The notes below the pieces were generated by a model. That model searched no databases and had not been told where the DNA came from. It worked only from the letters and a program-made list of their open reading frames with translations. A DNA stretch of 61,835 bases, counting the filler, from Stramenopiles sp. TOSAG23-3 (taxonomy: Eukaryota): assembly GCA_900128585.1 (NCBI GenBank). It is 4 parts of 4 records of this genome, joined end to end, with 100 filler letters (N's around TTAATTAATTAA, not from the genome) between each part and the next. Parts side by side here need not be neighbours in the genome. Positions count along the whole stretch, not along the records: positions 1 to 28,693 come from LT642243.1; 3 more parts are not named here. One strand, written 5' to 3'. A program made the position numbers and the translations under genes. Below are positions 10,505 to 20,004 of this stretch, piece after piece; the stretch's first letter is position 1, and every line of letters begins with the position of its first letter.

Positions 10505-13500
10505 CTACTTGCAATACAACGATTCTGGTGTGCATTTGGGCATATTTGGGTAGGTCGCCATGGCTTTCTCCAAGTCCTTCATAAACCTCCCTTCCATCGC
10601 ATTGATTTCCGTTGACTCGTGCTCGCGCGACATGGTTTCCGTTTCAACATTTACTATAGAGGGTGTCCCGTTGCCGCCCAACAACAGCATTGCGTTTGTT
10701 TCACCAAAAGTGCCAGACAAGCACTCTTTCATCCACGTTTTGTCCCACGCTTTTCGCCCTCGCTTTTGCCGTGCTTGTCGAGTTTCGCGGTCGAAATCCA
10801 TCGCCATCCGTTTAGCAGTACAGTCACTGTGAACCCATCCGAGGCCTTCGGCGTAAAATTCGCTTTGGCAGTGGTCTGAAAAGTCAATCGCAAGCTTTTC
10901 CCCACCAATCTTAAACTTCACCACTCTGGTGTTGTCCTCGTTCCCAGTCAGCCAGTGGCCAGCAATGCAGCGGGCGGGTATACCGAAGTACCGGAGTACA
11001 CTCACGTAAAAGAAGTTGCTGGTACCACAGACAGCGGTGTCCCCTGCAGCCAGCTCTTCCAACGACCCCGGTCCGTGGTCCTTGTGGGCATAGTAGTAAA
11101 AATGCATTTGAAACGTCTGGTAGCAGTGCGCTGCAAACTGATAGTCGGTCATCTTCTTCTTGTCCCATTTAAGCTCGTAAAATTCAATCCAACTCAGGAA
11201 ATTCGGCCCCGGGTTGAAAGAGTCCAGCTCAAGGTTTTCCTTGCGCTCGGCACTGCTCAGTTTTGTGACAGGGCGAACCCGCGTTCGGTCGTCCATTAAG
11301 TCGCCCGCTTCTGACTTCTTCATTAGTCGTATCCCACATCGGACGCTCGTCGTCTCCACGAGAATACTGATGCGCGATAGTTTTCGTCCTTTTTGTTGTT
11401 CTGGAGTAAAGTGAGGGTGGTTGCCTTTTTGGTTTTCGACCTCGTACTCAAAATTGTAGGGGCCCTTCACTATCCTGTCCTCTTGTGGGACTCGCTCGAG
11501 TTCTCGGAGCCCGCCAGTTCGAAAAAAACCGCACCATCCTGTCGTTTTCGTCGGTTCTTTCACGTACACCCGAACGTGCCCGGCCGGCTGCGTTTCGTGG
11601 CGGTACGGGATGAGCGCCGAAACCCGCCACTTCTTGTCAGAATCCCAAAATTTCGCATCCTCGGTTTGGGCGACATGCGACCGTCGCATCAGCCTACAGT
11701 TTTTGTTACTATGCACGAGCGTGAGCTTGTTGGCCGGCTGGGCGATAGTGTCCCAGATATCTGTGGTGCTTGGAGACGATCCCCCGTCCAAAAGGAAGCT
11801 AAAACGCTCCAGAAGCGCTTGCAGCGCTTTGGGCATGAACATTTTTTTCTGGCTAGCAGGCTTGTACGGGTGGCAAATCTTCCCTCCCGCCACGCGGGGG
11901 TTCGCTTCCTCGTAATACTCCTCGTCCATTCCGTTCCGCTCACCGTCTTCCAGAAAGTTCAGCATGAACGACTTCGTTACCATACTGTACATGATAGTGA
12001 AACCCCTGGCGACCGAATAGACGACCAAGACAGCCATAGCAAGGACAGCCACCGGGCTGGTTGTCCCCAACTGCTTGGAGACCAGCACCGCCGCCCCCAT
12101 GCCGGCCCCAAAGATAAAAAATGTCCCGAACCGTACCGAGAGAAGGATAAAAGACTGCATCCCGGTAACCCTCCGCTTGTTCCTCATCCACAGCTGGGAA
12201 CCGATCCTAGACGCGGCCTTGAAGTGGTGCCCGTGGAGGGCAACTTGGACGATTGCCGCGTCGCAGTCCACATACCGCATGGAATTCCAGCAGCAGCAGC
12301 GCAAGAGGAAAAGTCCAAGGCACTTGCGACGAAACTCTCCTTGGTCGGCCCGACCCTGACGCCTGCGGCAGCTGTCGAGACAGTCCATTATTGGCGCTTG
12401 GACAGCGTGGAACGGCCGGATGAACGCCACGTAGGCGATAGTGCCCATGTGATTCCAGAAGATTCTGGAAAACATGGTAAAAGTGGGGAAGAGCGGCATC
12501 CTTCGCATCCCGTCCTCCTCCTCGTCAGTGAAGAACCACACAGACAGCGTTCCTGATGTTGTGCAACGGGTGAGCTCCAACAGAATGTTCATGTTCCAAA
12601 CCATTCCAAACAATAGGAACGCGGCGCACCACCGCATGCCTGGGTCGAACTCAAAAGACTGTACGCACTTGCAATGGACCAGTGTGTTTTTTGCACATGT
12701 GCACATCTGCTGAACTTTTCCCACGCTCAGCACCTGCACGATCAAGAGGGATGTCCCCCAACCCAGCAAACAGAGCAGCCCAAAGTTGACCACAGGGTAG
12801 ACGAAAAAACCCGACCCGATCTGCTTCACGGCGTGGCTCATTTCGCCCATGACTGGCCAGGCATACTTTGCCAGCTTTCGCTTGCTGAAGAATGAGTAGA
12901 AGGACGTGCTGGAGATTATCAACACTACCGCTACCATCACCATGGTGGTGTCCGACGCGGTCGTGTCCGTCACCTCCTTCTCGATTTCAGCAGTCGGGAA
13001 GGCTACTAAATACAAGCCGACTATGATCACCAGGGTTACAAGGCCGGTCCCACACACAGTGCCACGAACGACGTTTTCCGCGTGCCTGGAGATAGCGTAC
13101 AGCCAAACGGTGCCAACGACGAAGGTGAGGCCGGCCGCTGTCATGATCGTGCTCAAGCCCGTTGCAAGATCTCCGAGGACAAGCATATCCCTTCCGATCT
13201 TCAGCTCGGCCTCTCCCGACTTTTGCGAATCCGGAAGGCAGCGGTTGAGCACGGGGCTCGTCGACCGCAGAACGGTGTACTTGGTCGCACTGGCGGTGTG
13301 ATCCTGCGCGACGACCATGTAGTCCACGATAACGGTGGAGTTCACGTCCGCAGGTCCCGGACACTTCTCCACGCACAACATGTATTTCGGGTCCGACGCC
13401 GGGTCCGGCCACCAAAGATATTCCTTTCTGCTCAAGTCTACGCCGAAACCGCCGGAATTGTGCTTGTTGACGTCGCCACACGTGTTGCCCAGCGTGTCAA

Positions 13501-14641
13501 CCCCGAATAGTAGCCGCTTTGGGTTCCCGTTCTTGCCCGCGTAGTCCGCTAGTGCGATCACGCACACGTAGAAGGCGACCAAGAATGCCAAGCAGCAGCT
13601 GTCCGTAAGCCTGCGACGGATCGAGGTCGGCTCCAGCTTAAACCGCGGTATCTCCCGGAGGGTATTCCCCACGTCTACCCCAAGCTTAACCTCATCGCCG
13701 AGCATGTCGTCCGGCGACTGTGCCATCTCGTCGATGTTTTCCTGGTATATCTCCAGCTGGGCGTCGGACATGGTGGAGAGGTCTTTGTTCCCCCACTGCG
13801 CTTCAATGAATCGCCCATTGCCAAACCCGCCCTCCACCTGGTCCGACCCAGTCACCCAGCCCCGGCCGTCACCAGCTTTTCCCGCATTCAGCAGGGTAAA
13901 CGCGCCCTTCAGCTTGCTCTCTGGGAGCTCCTCCGCGTCTGCGTTGGGCGCCGGGCGGTCGTCAAAGTAGGTCAACCTTTCCAGGGACGCTGCCGGGAAC
14001 GATTTCTTCCCCAAGTTCGCGAACCCTAAGCGAAACGTATTTCTCCGGTCTTCCGACCGAACGGAAACGCTGACATGGTACGGGGAGTTGTCGAACTCCA
14101 CGTTTTCCCGGCGCTGGGCTCGATTGTTATCGCCCGGCAACCCCACGGCCTGCAATTTCCCCATCTTGGCCATGTTGCGCAGCAGCTGCTCCCGGCTCTG
14201 GGTGTCCCGCAGCGATGGGGCCATCATGCTCAGCATGTCCGCGGTGTTGCCCATCCGCCACATCTCCAGGAACGCCCGAGTGGCCTGTTCCACGTGGAGC
14301 GCAGGCTTGCAAACAAGGCTGCTAATGCATAGCGATGACGGCTTTAGCGGCGACCGCTTAATCCCAAAACGAAACTCGATGGGGCATATGTTGTTGGACG
14401 ACAAGCACGTGACGGAAACATCGAAAGGGTCTGCGTCCGGCTTCAGCCCACCGCAGCTGGTCCAGTCCAGGTCCTCTACGTTGACGTTTGTGATCATCGA
14501 ATCAATATCCCTTTGGGAACACTTCTCCCTATACTGCGGTCCTAGCAAACCATGACAAGTAGAAGCATCTCTGTCCCTCCACGCCGCCAAGAATTCCTCG
14601 ACGATGTCTTCTATCTCGCACTGGTCAATAGCTAAGTCCAT
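10505..14641 (-). CDS. CTL/SLC44-like membrane protein fused to a C-terminal transglutaminase-like domain (triad intact), with N-terminal duplicated NTF2/DUF3887-like units
   Basis: CTL motifs RRLTDSCCL, GNPKRLLFGVDTLGNTCG, CVEKCP, GTLSVWFF, HMGTIA, NFLEDGERN. TGase core VCGTSNFFYVSVLRYFGIPARCIAG...DHCQSEFYAEGLGWVHSD. Confidence 0.85.
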   Translation of the reverse strand: MDLAIDQCEIEDIVEEFLAAWRDRDASTCHGLLGPQYREKCSQRDIDSMITNVNVEDLDWTSCGGLKPDADPFDVSVTCLSSNNICPIEFRFGIKRSPLKPSSLCISSLVCKPALHVEQATRAFLEMWRMGNTADMLSMMAPSLRDTQSREQLLRNMAKMGKLQAVGLPGDNNRAQRRENVEFDNSPYHVSVSVRSEDRRNTFRLGFANLGKKSFPAASLERLTYFDDRPAPNADAEELPESKLKGAFTLLNAGKAGDGRGWVTGSDQVEGGFGNGRFIEAQWGNKDLSTMSDAQLEIYQENIDEMAQSPDDMLGDEVKLGVDVGNTLREIPRFKLEPTSIRRRLTDSCCLAFLVAFYVCVIALADYAGKNGNPKRLLFGVDTLGNTCGDVNKHNSGGFGVDLSRKEYLWWPDPASDPKYMLCVEKCPGPADVNSTVIVDYMVVAQDHTASATKYTVLRSTSPVLNRCLPDSQKSGEAELKIGRDMLVLGDLATGLSTIMTAAGLTFVVGTVWLYAISRHAENVVRGTVCGTGLVTLVIIVGLYLVAFPTAEIEKEVTDTTASDTTMVMVAVVLIISSTSFYSFFSKRKLAKYAWPVMGEMSHAVKQIGSGFFVYPVVNFGLLCLLGWGTSLLIVQVLSVGKVQQMCTCAKNTLVHCKCVQSFEFDPGMRWCAAFLLFGMVWNMNILLELTRCTTSGTLSVWFFTDEEEDGMRRMPLFPTFTMFSRIFWNHMGTIAYVAFIRPFHAVQAPIMDCLDSCRRRQGRADQGEFRRKCLGLFLLRCCCWNSMRYVDCDAAIVQVALHGHHFKAASRIGSQLWMRNKRRVTGMQSFILLSVRFGTFFIFGAGMGAAVLVSKQLGTTSPVAVLAMAVLVVYSVARGFTIMYSMVTKSFMLNFLEDGERNGMDEEYYEEANPRVAGGKICHPYKPASQKKMFMPKALQALLERFSFLLDGGSSPSTTDIWDTIAQPANKLTLVHSNKNCRLMRRSHVAQTEDAKFWDSDKKWRVSALIPYRHETQPAGHVRVYVKEPTKTTGWCGFFRTGGLRELERVPQEDRIVKGPYNFEYEVENQKGNHPHFTPEQQKGRKLSRISILVETTSVRCGIRLMKKSEAGDLMDDRTRVRPVTKLSSAERKENLELDSFNPGPNFLSWIEFYELKWDKKKMTDYQFAAHCYQTFQMHFYYYAHKDHGPGSLEELAAGDTAVCGTSNFFYVSVLRYFGIPARCIAGHWLTGNEDNTRVVKFKIGGEKLAIDFSDHCQSEFYAEGLGWVHSDCTAKRMAMDFDRETRQARQKRGRKAWDKTWMKECLSGTFGETNAMLLLGGNGTPSIVNVETETMSREHESTEINAMEGRFMKDLEKAMATYPNMPKCTPESLYCK

Positions 14642-14845
14642 TGGTGGAGTGAAAGTGGGGGAGGAGCGAAGGAGAGAAAGCTATTGCGTTCAATTCCCTT
14701 TCGATTTGTTCCTGTGCTGTTTGAGCATAATACTTGTTATATATTTAATTCACAAAAGACCAGAATAACACTCTGCAAATAAATATATTGTAAAAAATAA
14801 GAAACCAATTAAAGTCTAGTCTTCTACCGGTATTAATATCTATAA

Positions 14846-15055
14846 GCAAACACAAACAAACAAACAAACAAACAAACAAAATAAAAATTTATTATAAAAC
14901 TTCTTCTTTTTTTTGGCGAGCGAAGAAGAAGAAGAAAAGAAATAAAAAGAAATAAAAAGAAATATTACTGTATTAGACTATAAAAAGAAATAAAAAGAAA
15001 TAAATAAAAAAAAAGAAATAAAAAGCAATAAAAAGAAGAAGATAGAAGAAGAAAA
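14846..15055. repeat. Simple repeats (CAAA)n, (GAA)n and (AAATAAAAAG)n in the divergent spacer of the CTL pair
   Basis: Directly visible. Confidence 0.85.
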
Positions 15056-15858
15056 AATTAATATCAAAAAAACAGTGCTGTGTCCATATTATATTAATGT
15101 ATCTTTTTTTATTTGAATATTTCACTATTTTTTTTATTATTATTGTATTTATTATTAGACTAATTAGCTCCTCCTCTCGTGTATGAAATGTACAATAGAA
15201 TCAGGGAGATGATGGTTCGTGGTTTCGTGGTGCAAAGACTATTTTTTTTTTTATAGGACTAATAAAAAAAGAAGAAGAATCATTCCCACTCCATTTTTTT
15301 TTCATCTCATCAGCTACGAGGAGTCTACGCGTAGACGCTATTATTATATTTTATCTAGTAGTACTCCTAGACGTAATAAACGCAGACGCTTTCATATGTC
15401 ATTATTTAGGACTAGCTTTCAACTGATCAAACGACTTCCTGACTAAATCCACGGAGTTACGATTACGGGATAAAACTACTACAAAATTGGCTTTTCAATT
15501 AGTCTAATTTATAATTTTATAAAAAAAAGAAGATACAAAAAAATTTATCATTTTTTCTTTCTTCCTGCTCTCTTCATTTTATACAACAGTGTTGTAATAA
15601 ATTATAATTAAAAAAAAAAAATTTTATTATAATAATATATTTTTTTAACAATAAAAAATAATTATTAAGAAACAAATTGAATTTTTTTTAAATGATTGAT
15701 ATCTCCTTCGATAATAAGTGTACTATAATAAAATATCTTGTTGTCCCCTCCTTCCGCCGATTACGACCGTTTCTATTAAAGCTGTAGTTCGTGTTTCGTG
15801 TTTCTTGGGGAAACGGGTGGGTCTTAAAACAATCGACCGACGAAAACGAGTTGCCGCC

Positions 15859-18800
15859 ATGTCCAAAGCGGACGAAGAGGACATCAAGCTGTGCAAAGAA
15901 ACATGCAAGCAGTTCTTGGGGCATTTTGGGAAGAAGAAAACGAGCCTGCACTCACTTCTTGAGCGAAAATCTTCCGCTGCGAACTCCTTGCTGAAGGGAA
16001 CGATGGGGCGGGCGTATTTGCGGATAGGGAAAGACCGGGCGGTGGAGGTGGACTCGAGCTCGTTAACGGAGGTCACCGAAGTGGAGTCGCTGTTCTCCTA
16101 CAAGGCGAACTTTTCTGTTGGTGGCGCAAAGTTCGAGCTCAAGTTTAAGAACAATTCCAAGTCGCATAAAATAGAACGGCTCTGGGTGGGGCCCCGGGGG
16201 GGCGCCATTCCAAAGGGGGGGGAATTCGACTCCTCCCTGGTCGTGCTATTCAAAGAGGGTTACGAACCGGACAAGAACGACTTTGAGTTCGACCTGTACG
16301 CCCGGCCAAAGGCCCGGTCTTCCGCGTACAAGGCGGCGAAGCTCCACTTCGGCGACGAGCACTTGCTGACGATAAACGCTGGGAAGCCTTTGCCCGAAAT
16401 TGCGAGAGAGAAATTCGACGTCCTAGCCATTCGACGGTACCATCGGGACAAGGTGTGGATCCTGATTTTCCTGCTTTACTGGGCTATCGAGATAGGGGTT
16501 GCAAGCCACGCGGTCGCAAACGGCCGGCTGGACCGGGTCCTCCACGGGGTGGACTCGCTCGGGAACATCTGCGGCTCGAACAACGACCTGGTAGACCTTA
16601 CGGACAGGCCAAAGCTGTGGTACCCGAACCCGGAAGAGAACCGCGCGATCTGCGTTAAGGTTTGCCCCGTTGCCAACCAAACGGCGCTAGTCGATTATTT
16701 GGCCAACATCGCAGCCCCGAACGGGACGGCGCCGCCCCTGAGGGTCACCGTAGGGACCGTCGACGTCTCGCACCGCTGCCTTCCCATCGATGGGCAGTCA
16801 GCAAGCATCATGTCGGCCTCCGCTACGCTGTTCTCGGACGTTCAGAGCGGTTGGGTGTCCTCGCTCTTGACCTGCGTGGTGGCCTTTCTGCTCGGGCTAT
16901 TGTGGATGAAGGCCATGCTGTGGAATCCCAGGGGGGTCATCGGCAGCTTGACCTGCGTGGCGCACTCTGGCTTGCTCCTGTTCTCTGGCTCGTTCTTTGT
17001 CTCGTACTTCGTCGTGGAATTGCCAGAGGGGCTCCCCGCCAGTGCAAAGAGCCACCTGGTGGACCCGAGCGCTCAGACCTTCGCCATGGTGGTAGGCATC
17101 TTCTCCTTTGCCGCGTTTGTCTTTCTCGTGTACAAGGACTGCAAGCTTCGGAAGGACGCCGGCAATGCGATGAAAGTGTTTGACCTTACCTCAGAAGCGT
17201 TGAACGAGTGCAACGTGGCCATCGTCCACGCCAACTGCCTTCCGAAGAAGCTGCCTTGCAAAGGGAGCACTGCGGCGGTGGAAAAGGAGGAGGGTGGTAA
17301 GGCTGCCGACGTTACAGTGGAGGTGGAAGGGGAAGAGGAGAAGGCCCCAGATCGCACGGTCGACCTTCGGCCCATCCTGACCTTTCCGGTGTACAATTTT
17401 TTCATCCTTGTCGCGTTTCTGGTACTATGGTGCGTGGTCTTCGTCCACCTAATATCCTTGGGGAGCATCGAGCAAAAGTGCAAGTGCGCCAAATCGCTGT
17501 CCAACTGCTCATGCGACCGGTATTTTAGGTTCGACGATGGCGCGCGCTGGTTCGCGATAATCCACCTGTATGGGCTACTGTGGGGCGTGGCGTTGGTCGT
17601 GAACGTCTCCCGGGTGACGATCTCGACCGCCGTGAGCACGTGGTACTTCGCAGAGGCCAAAGACTTGGAAGTCCGCGTCGTCCCGGCGGACCTCATCCGG
17701 ACCAGCTACCGACGGGCGCTGGTCTACCACTCTGGGAGCCTCCTAAAGGCCAGTTTTTACCACCCTATCGTCGCCGTGGTGCGACCGCTGGCGTTTCTTT
17801 TCCTGAAGCTGCGAAACATGCTGTCCTGCGTCAACCGAATCACCTTTGGCTTCCGCGGCTGTTTGCGCTCGGCCCTTCTCGGGTGCTGCTGCTTTCAGAG
17901 CATTGCGTACTTGGACGTCCGGGCGGCCATGCAGCAGATTGCCCTCCGAGGGTCTTCTTTCCTCCGTGGTGCGGAGGTTGGCACGAAGCTGAAGATGCGC
18001 AACGAGGGCCGCGTTCGTGGGCTGGAGGAAGCGATCGAATTTAAAATGATGTTTGGGAAAACCGCGATATTCTGCATCAGCTTCTTTGTGGGGTTTCTGT
18101 ACCTGCGGGGGTCCGGGAACTCGGGCGGCTCCGTGGGGGCTCCCATCATTGTCTTGATTCTGAACTGCATCGTGGCGTACGCCACCATGTCCCTGTTCGT
18201 CTCGCAGTACACCATGAGCATCGACACGATATTGCAGGACTTCTTTGAAGACTGTGAACGGAACGTCCGTAGTACGGAGGTGTTCATGCCACCAGAATTT
18301 CGAAAGTTTATCGACGATTACGGGTACTACACCTCCGGAACGTTCCCCTCCGACCCGACCGCAATGTACACAAAGCTGTTCAAGGCGAAGAAACTAGGGG
18401 TCATGCACGTTCCCACCAAGGAGACCATGTGCCATTACGTGACCACCATGGATGTTTGTCTTCACGACAAGACTGCTTGGCCGGAGGAAAAAGAGGGCTG
18501 GTTCATCAAATGCGACCGCCCCCTCGACCACGAGTCACAGCCGAGAAACACGCTTGAGGTGTTCCACAAGAAGTACGGCAGGAACATTTTAGACAACTTT
18601 ACCTCGCTCGTCAAGATCCCTGTGACGGCCAAGGGCTTGGCGGGTGACGGGCCGTGGCGAGAGGGCCTCAAGCACATCATGTGGGATCAAGTTCGGTTGC
18701 CACGCCGCTCGGCTGGGTATCAACGACTGAATGCTATGGACCCAGGGGAAGCGATCAAAAGGGCTGCGAATGACCCCCACGCTTCCCTGATCCAACAGGG

Positions 18801-19797
18801 GCAAGTGAAAGCATTTCACGGGCTGTGTGAGAAAGGGCTGCACGAGCAGTACTCGCCGCAGCAGTGCCTTCAGTACGGGTGGGGATCGATTGCTCTGATG
18901 GTGAACATGAAAACTTTGCGCGTGGCGCGTCGGCTGATCGATGTGGAGGAAGACGCAAGTGTGAGTTGTGCGCCGCCGGCCCAGCTGTCTGCCGTTGAGA
19001 GGGAGTCGTATCTTGCAGACAACGGGTTCGACAATGAAGAGTTTAAAGACTGGTGCCGAGCGAATGATCTCGTAATGAACAAGGAAAAAGGCTTGCACCC
19101 CGAGCTATCCTTCGCCAAAGATGCATTCATCTTCCTTCACCAAAACTTTTATTTTTTTGACTCCTCTCGAGGGTGGGTTCCAACGAAACCCGTCGAAGTG
19201 ATCAAAGGAGACGTTGGCTCCTCGGGAACGATAAACAACTTGTATGTAGCCATCCTGCGCTACAATGGAGTCGTAGCCCGCTGCCTGAGCGGGGCCTGGC
19301 TGTGGTCGAACGACGGCTCGTACACCGCACAGGGGATTCAGCGAGGGGCAACTGAGGGCGAAATGCTGGCCATGGACTTTCAGCGACGAACGATGTCGGA
19401 GTTCTACCTGGATGGGATAGGCTGGGTCCCTACAGATGCGACGCCCACACGCCTCAGCTCGAACAATGACCCCATAGCTCGGCGGGCCAGAGCAAAATTG
19501 GGCAAGTATGGGTGGAGGAAGGACCTGTCCATGACTTGCATGGCGAATTTTGGGAACGACAGCGGGCTTCTGCTCCTTAATACTGCAGGGTTTGAAATGG
19601 GGAAGCCCATGGTGCAATTTGGTCCGATCGGAAAGCCCATGGGGGATGTATCGTTGAATGCGCGAGAGTTTCAGTGCATCGACCTGGCGGTGTCTGCGTA
19701 TAAACCGACCAAGGGGTTTAAGGACGAACTTTACGGCGCGAAGGAGGCGCTCACTCCAGTTGACCCCAATGATGAAAAGGCGCAATTTAAGGACTAG
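15859..19797 (+). CDS. CTL/SLC44-like membrane protein fused to a catalytically degenerate transglutaminase-like domain; paralog of 10505-14641
   Basis: RRYHRDKVW, GRLDRVLHGVDSLGNICG, CVKVCP, AVSTWYF, HSGSL, IDTILQDFFEDCERN. TGase-like SSGTINNLYVAILRYNGVVARCLSG...RRTMSEFYLDGIGWVPTD. Start at gccgccATG 15859. Confidence 0.85.
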   Translation: MSKADEEDIKLCKETCKQFLGHFGKKKTSLHSLLERKSSAANSLLKGTMGRAYLRIGKDRAVEVDSSSLTEVTEVESLFSYKANFSVGGAKFELKFKNNSKSHKIERLWVGPRGGAIPKGGEFDSSLVVLFKEGYEPDKNDFEFDLYARPKARSSAYKAAKLHFGDEHLLTINAGKPLPEIAREKFDVLAIRRYHRDKVWILIFLLYWAIEIGVASHAVANGRLDRVLHGVDSLGNICGSNNDLVDLTDRPKLWYPNPEENRAICVKVCPVANQTALVDYLANIAAPNGTAPPLRVTVGTVDVSHRCLPIDGQSASIMSASATLFSDVQSGWVSSLLTCVVAFLLGLLWMKAMLWNPRGVIGSLTCVAHSGLLLFSGSFFVSYFVVELPEGLPASAKSHLVDPSAQTFAMVVGIFSFAAFVFLVYKDCKLRKDAGNAMKVFDLTSEALNECNVAIVHANCLPKKLPCKGSTAAVEKEEGGKAADVTVEVEGEEEKAPDRTVDLRPILTFPVYNFFILVAFLVLWCVVFVHLISLGSIEQKCKCAKSLSNCSCDRYFRFDDGARWFAIIHLYGLLWGVALVVNVSRVTISTAVSTWYFAEAKDLEVRVVPADLIRTSYRRALVYHSGSLLKASFYHPIVAVVRPLAFLFLKLRNMLSCVNRITFGFRGCLRSALLGCCCFQSIAYLDVRAAMQQIALRGSSFLRGAEVGTKLKMRNEGRVRGLEEAIEFKMMFGKTAIFCISFFVGFLYLRGSGNSGGSVGAPIIVLILNCIVAYATMSLFVSQYTMSIDTILQDFFEDCERNVRSTEVFMPPEFRKFIDDYGYYTSGTFPSDPTAMYTKLFKAKKLGVMHVPTKETMCHYVTTMDVCLHDKTAWPEEKEGWFIKCDRPLDHESQPRNTLEVFHKKYGRNILDNFTSLVKIPVTAKGLAGDGPWREGLKHIMWDQVRLPRRSAGYQRLNAMDPGEAIKRAANDPHASLIQQGQVKAFHGLCEKGLHEQYSPQQCLQYGWGSIALMVNMKTLRVARRLIDVEEDASVSCAPPAQLSAVERESYLADNGFDNEEFKDWCRANDLVMNKEKGLHPELSFAKDAFIFLHQNFYFFDSSRGWVPTKPVEVIKGDVGSSGTINNLYVAILRYNGVVARCLSGAWLWSNDGSYTAQGIQRGATEGEMLAMDFQRRTMSEFYLDGIGWVPTDATPTRLSSNNDPIARRARAKLGKYGWRKDLSMTCMANFGNDSGLLLLNTAGFEMGKPMVQFGPIGKPMGDVSLNAREFQCIDLAVSAYKPTKGFKDELYGAKEALTPVDPNDEKAQFKD

Positions 19798-19855
19798 AGG
19801 GGGGAAATGGATGACATGTCAATCAAAAAAATAATCTCCTGAAATTAACCATAAT

Positions 19856-19881
19856 AAAAAAACAAGAAAATTGGCTGTTAT
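19856..19881 (+). repeat. Family A repeat, short copy
   Basis: AAAAAAACAAGAAAATTGGCTGTTAT. Confidence 0.9.
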
Positions 19882-20004
19882 AATAATATACGTGCGAATG
19901 TTTTCTAATTTTATTAATTTTATTCCCACAATATCTATGTAAATGACTTTTGGTTTTTGAACGAGTTAGGAAGTGTAAACACAAAGTAATCGCTCTTCTC
20001 CTCT

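Noticed and set aside
11393-12556. Long antisense or alternative-frame ORFs (e.g. 387 aa here, 25052-26032, 34122-35195, 6908-7384)
   Set aside because: Shadows of GC-rich or repetitive coding sequence on the opposite strand; no recognisable motifs.
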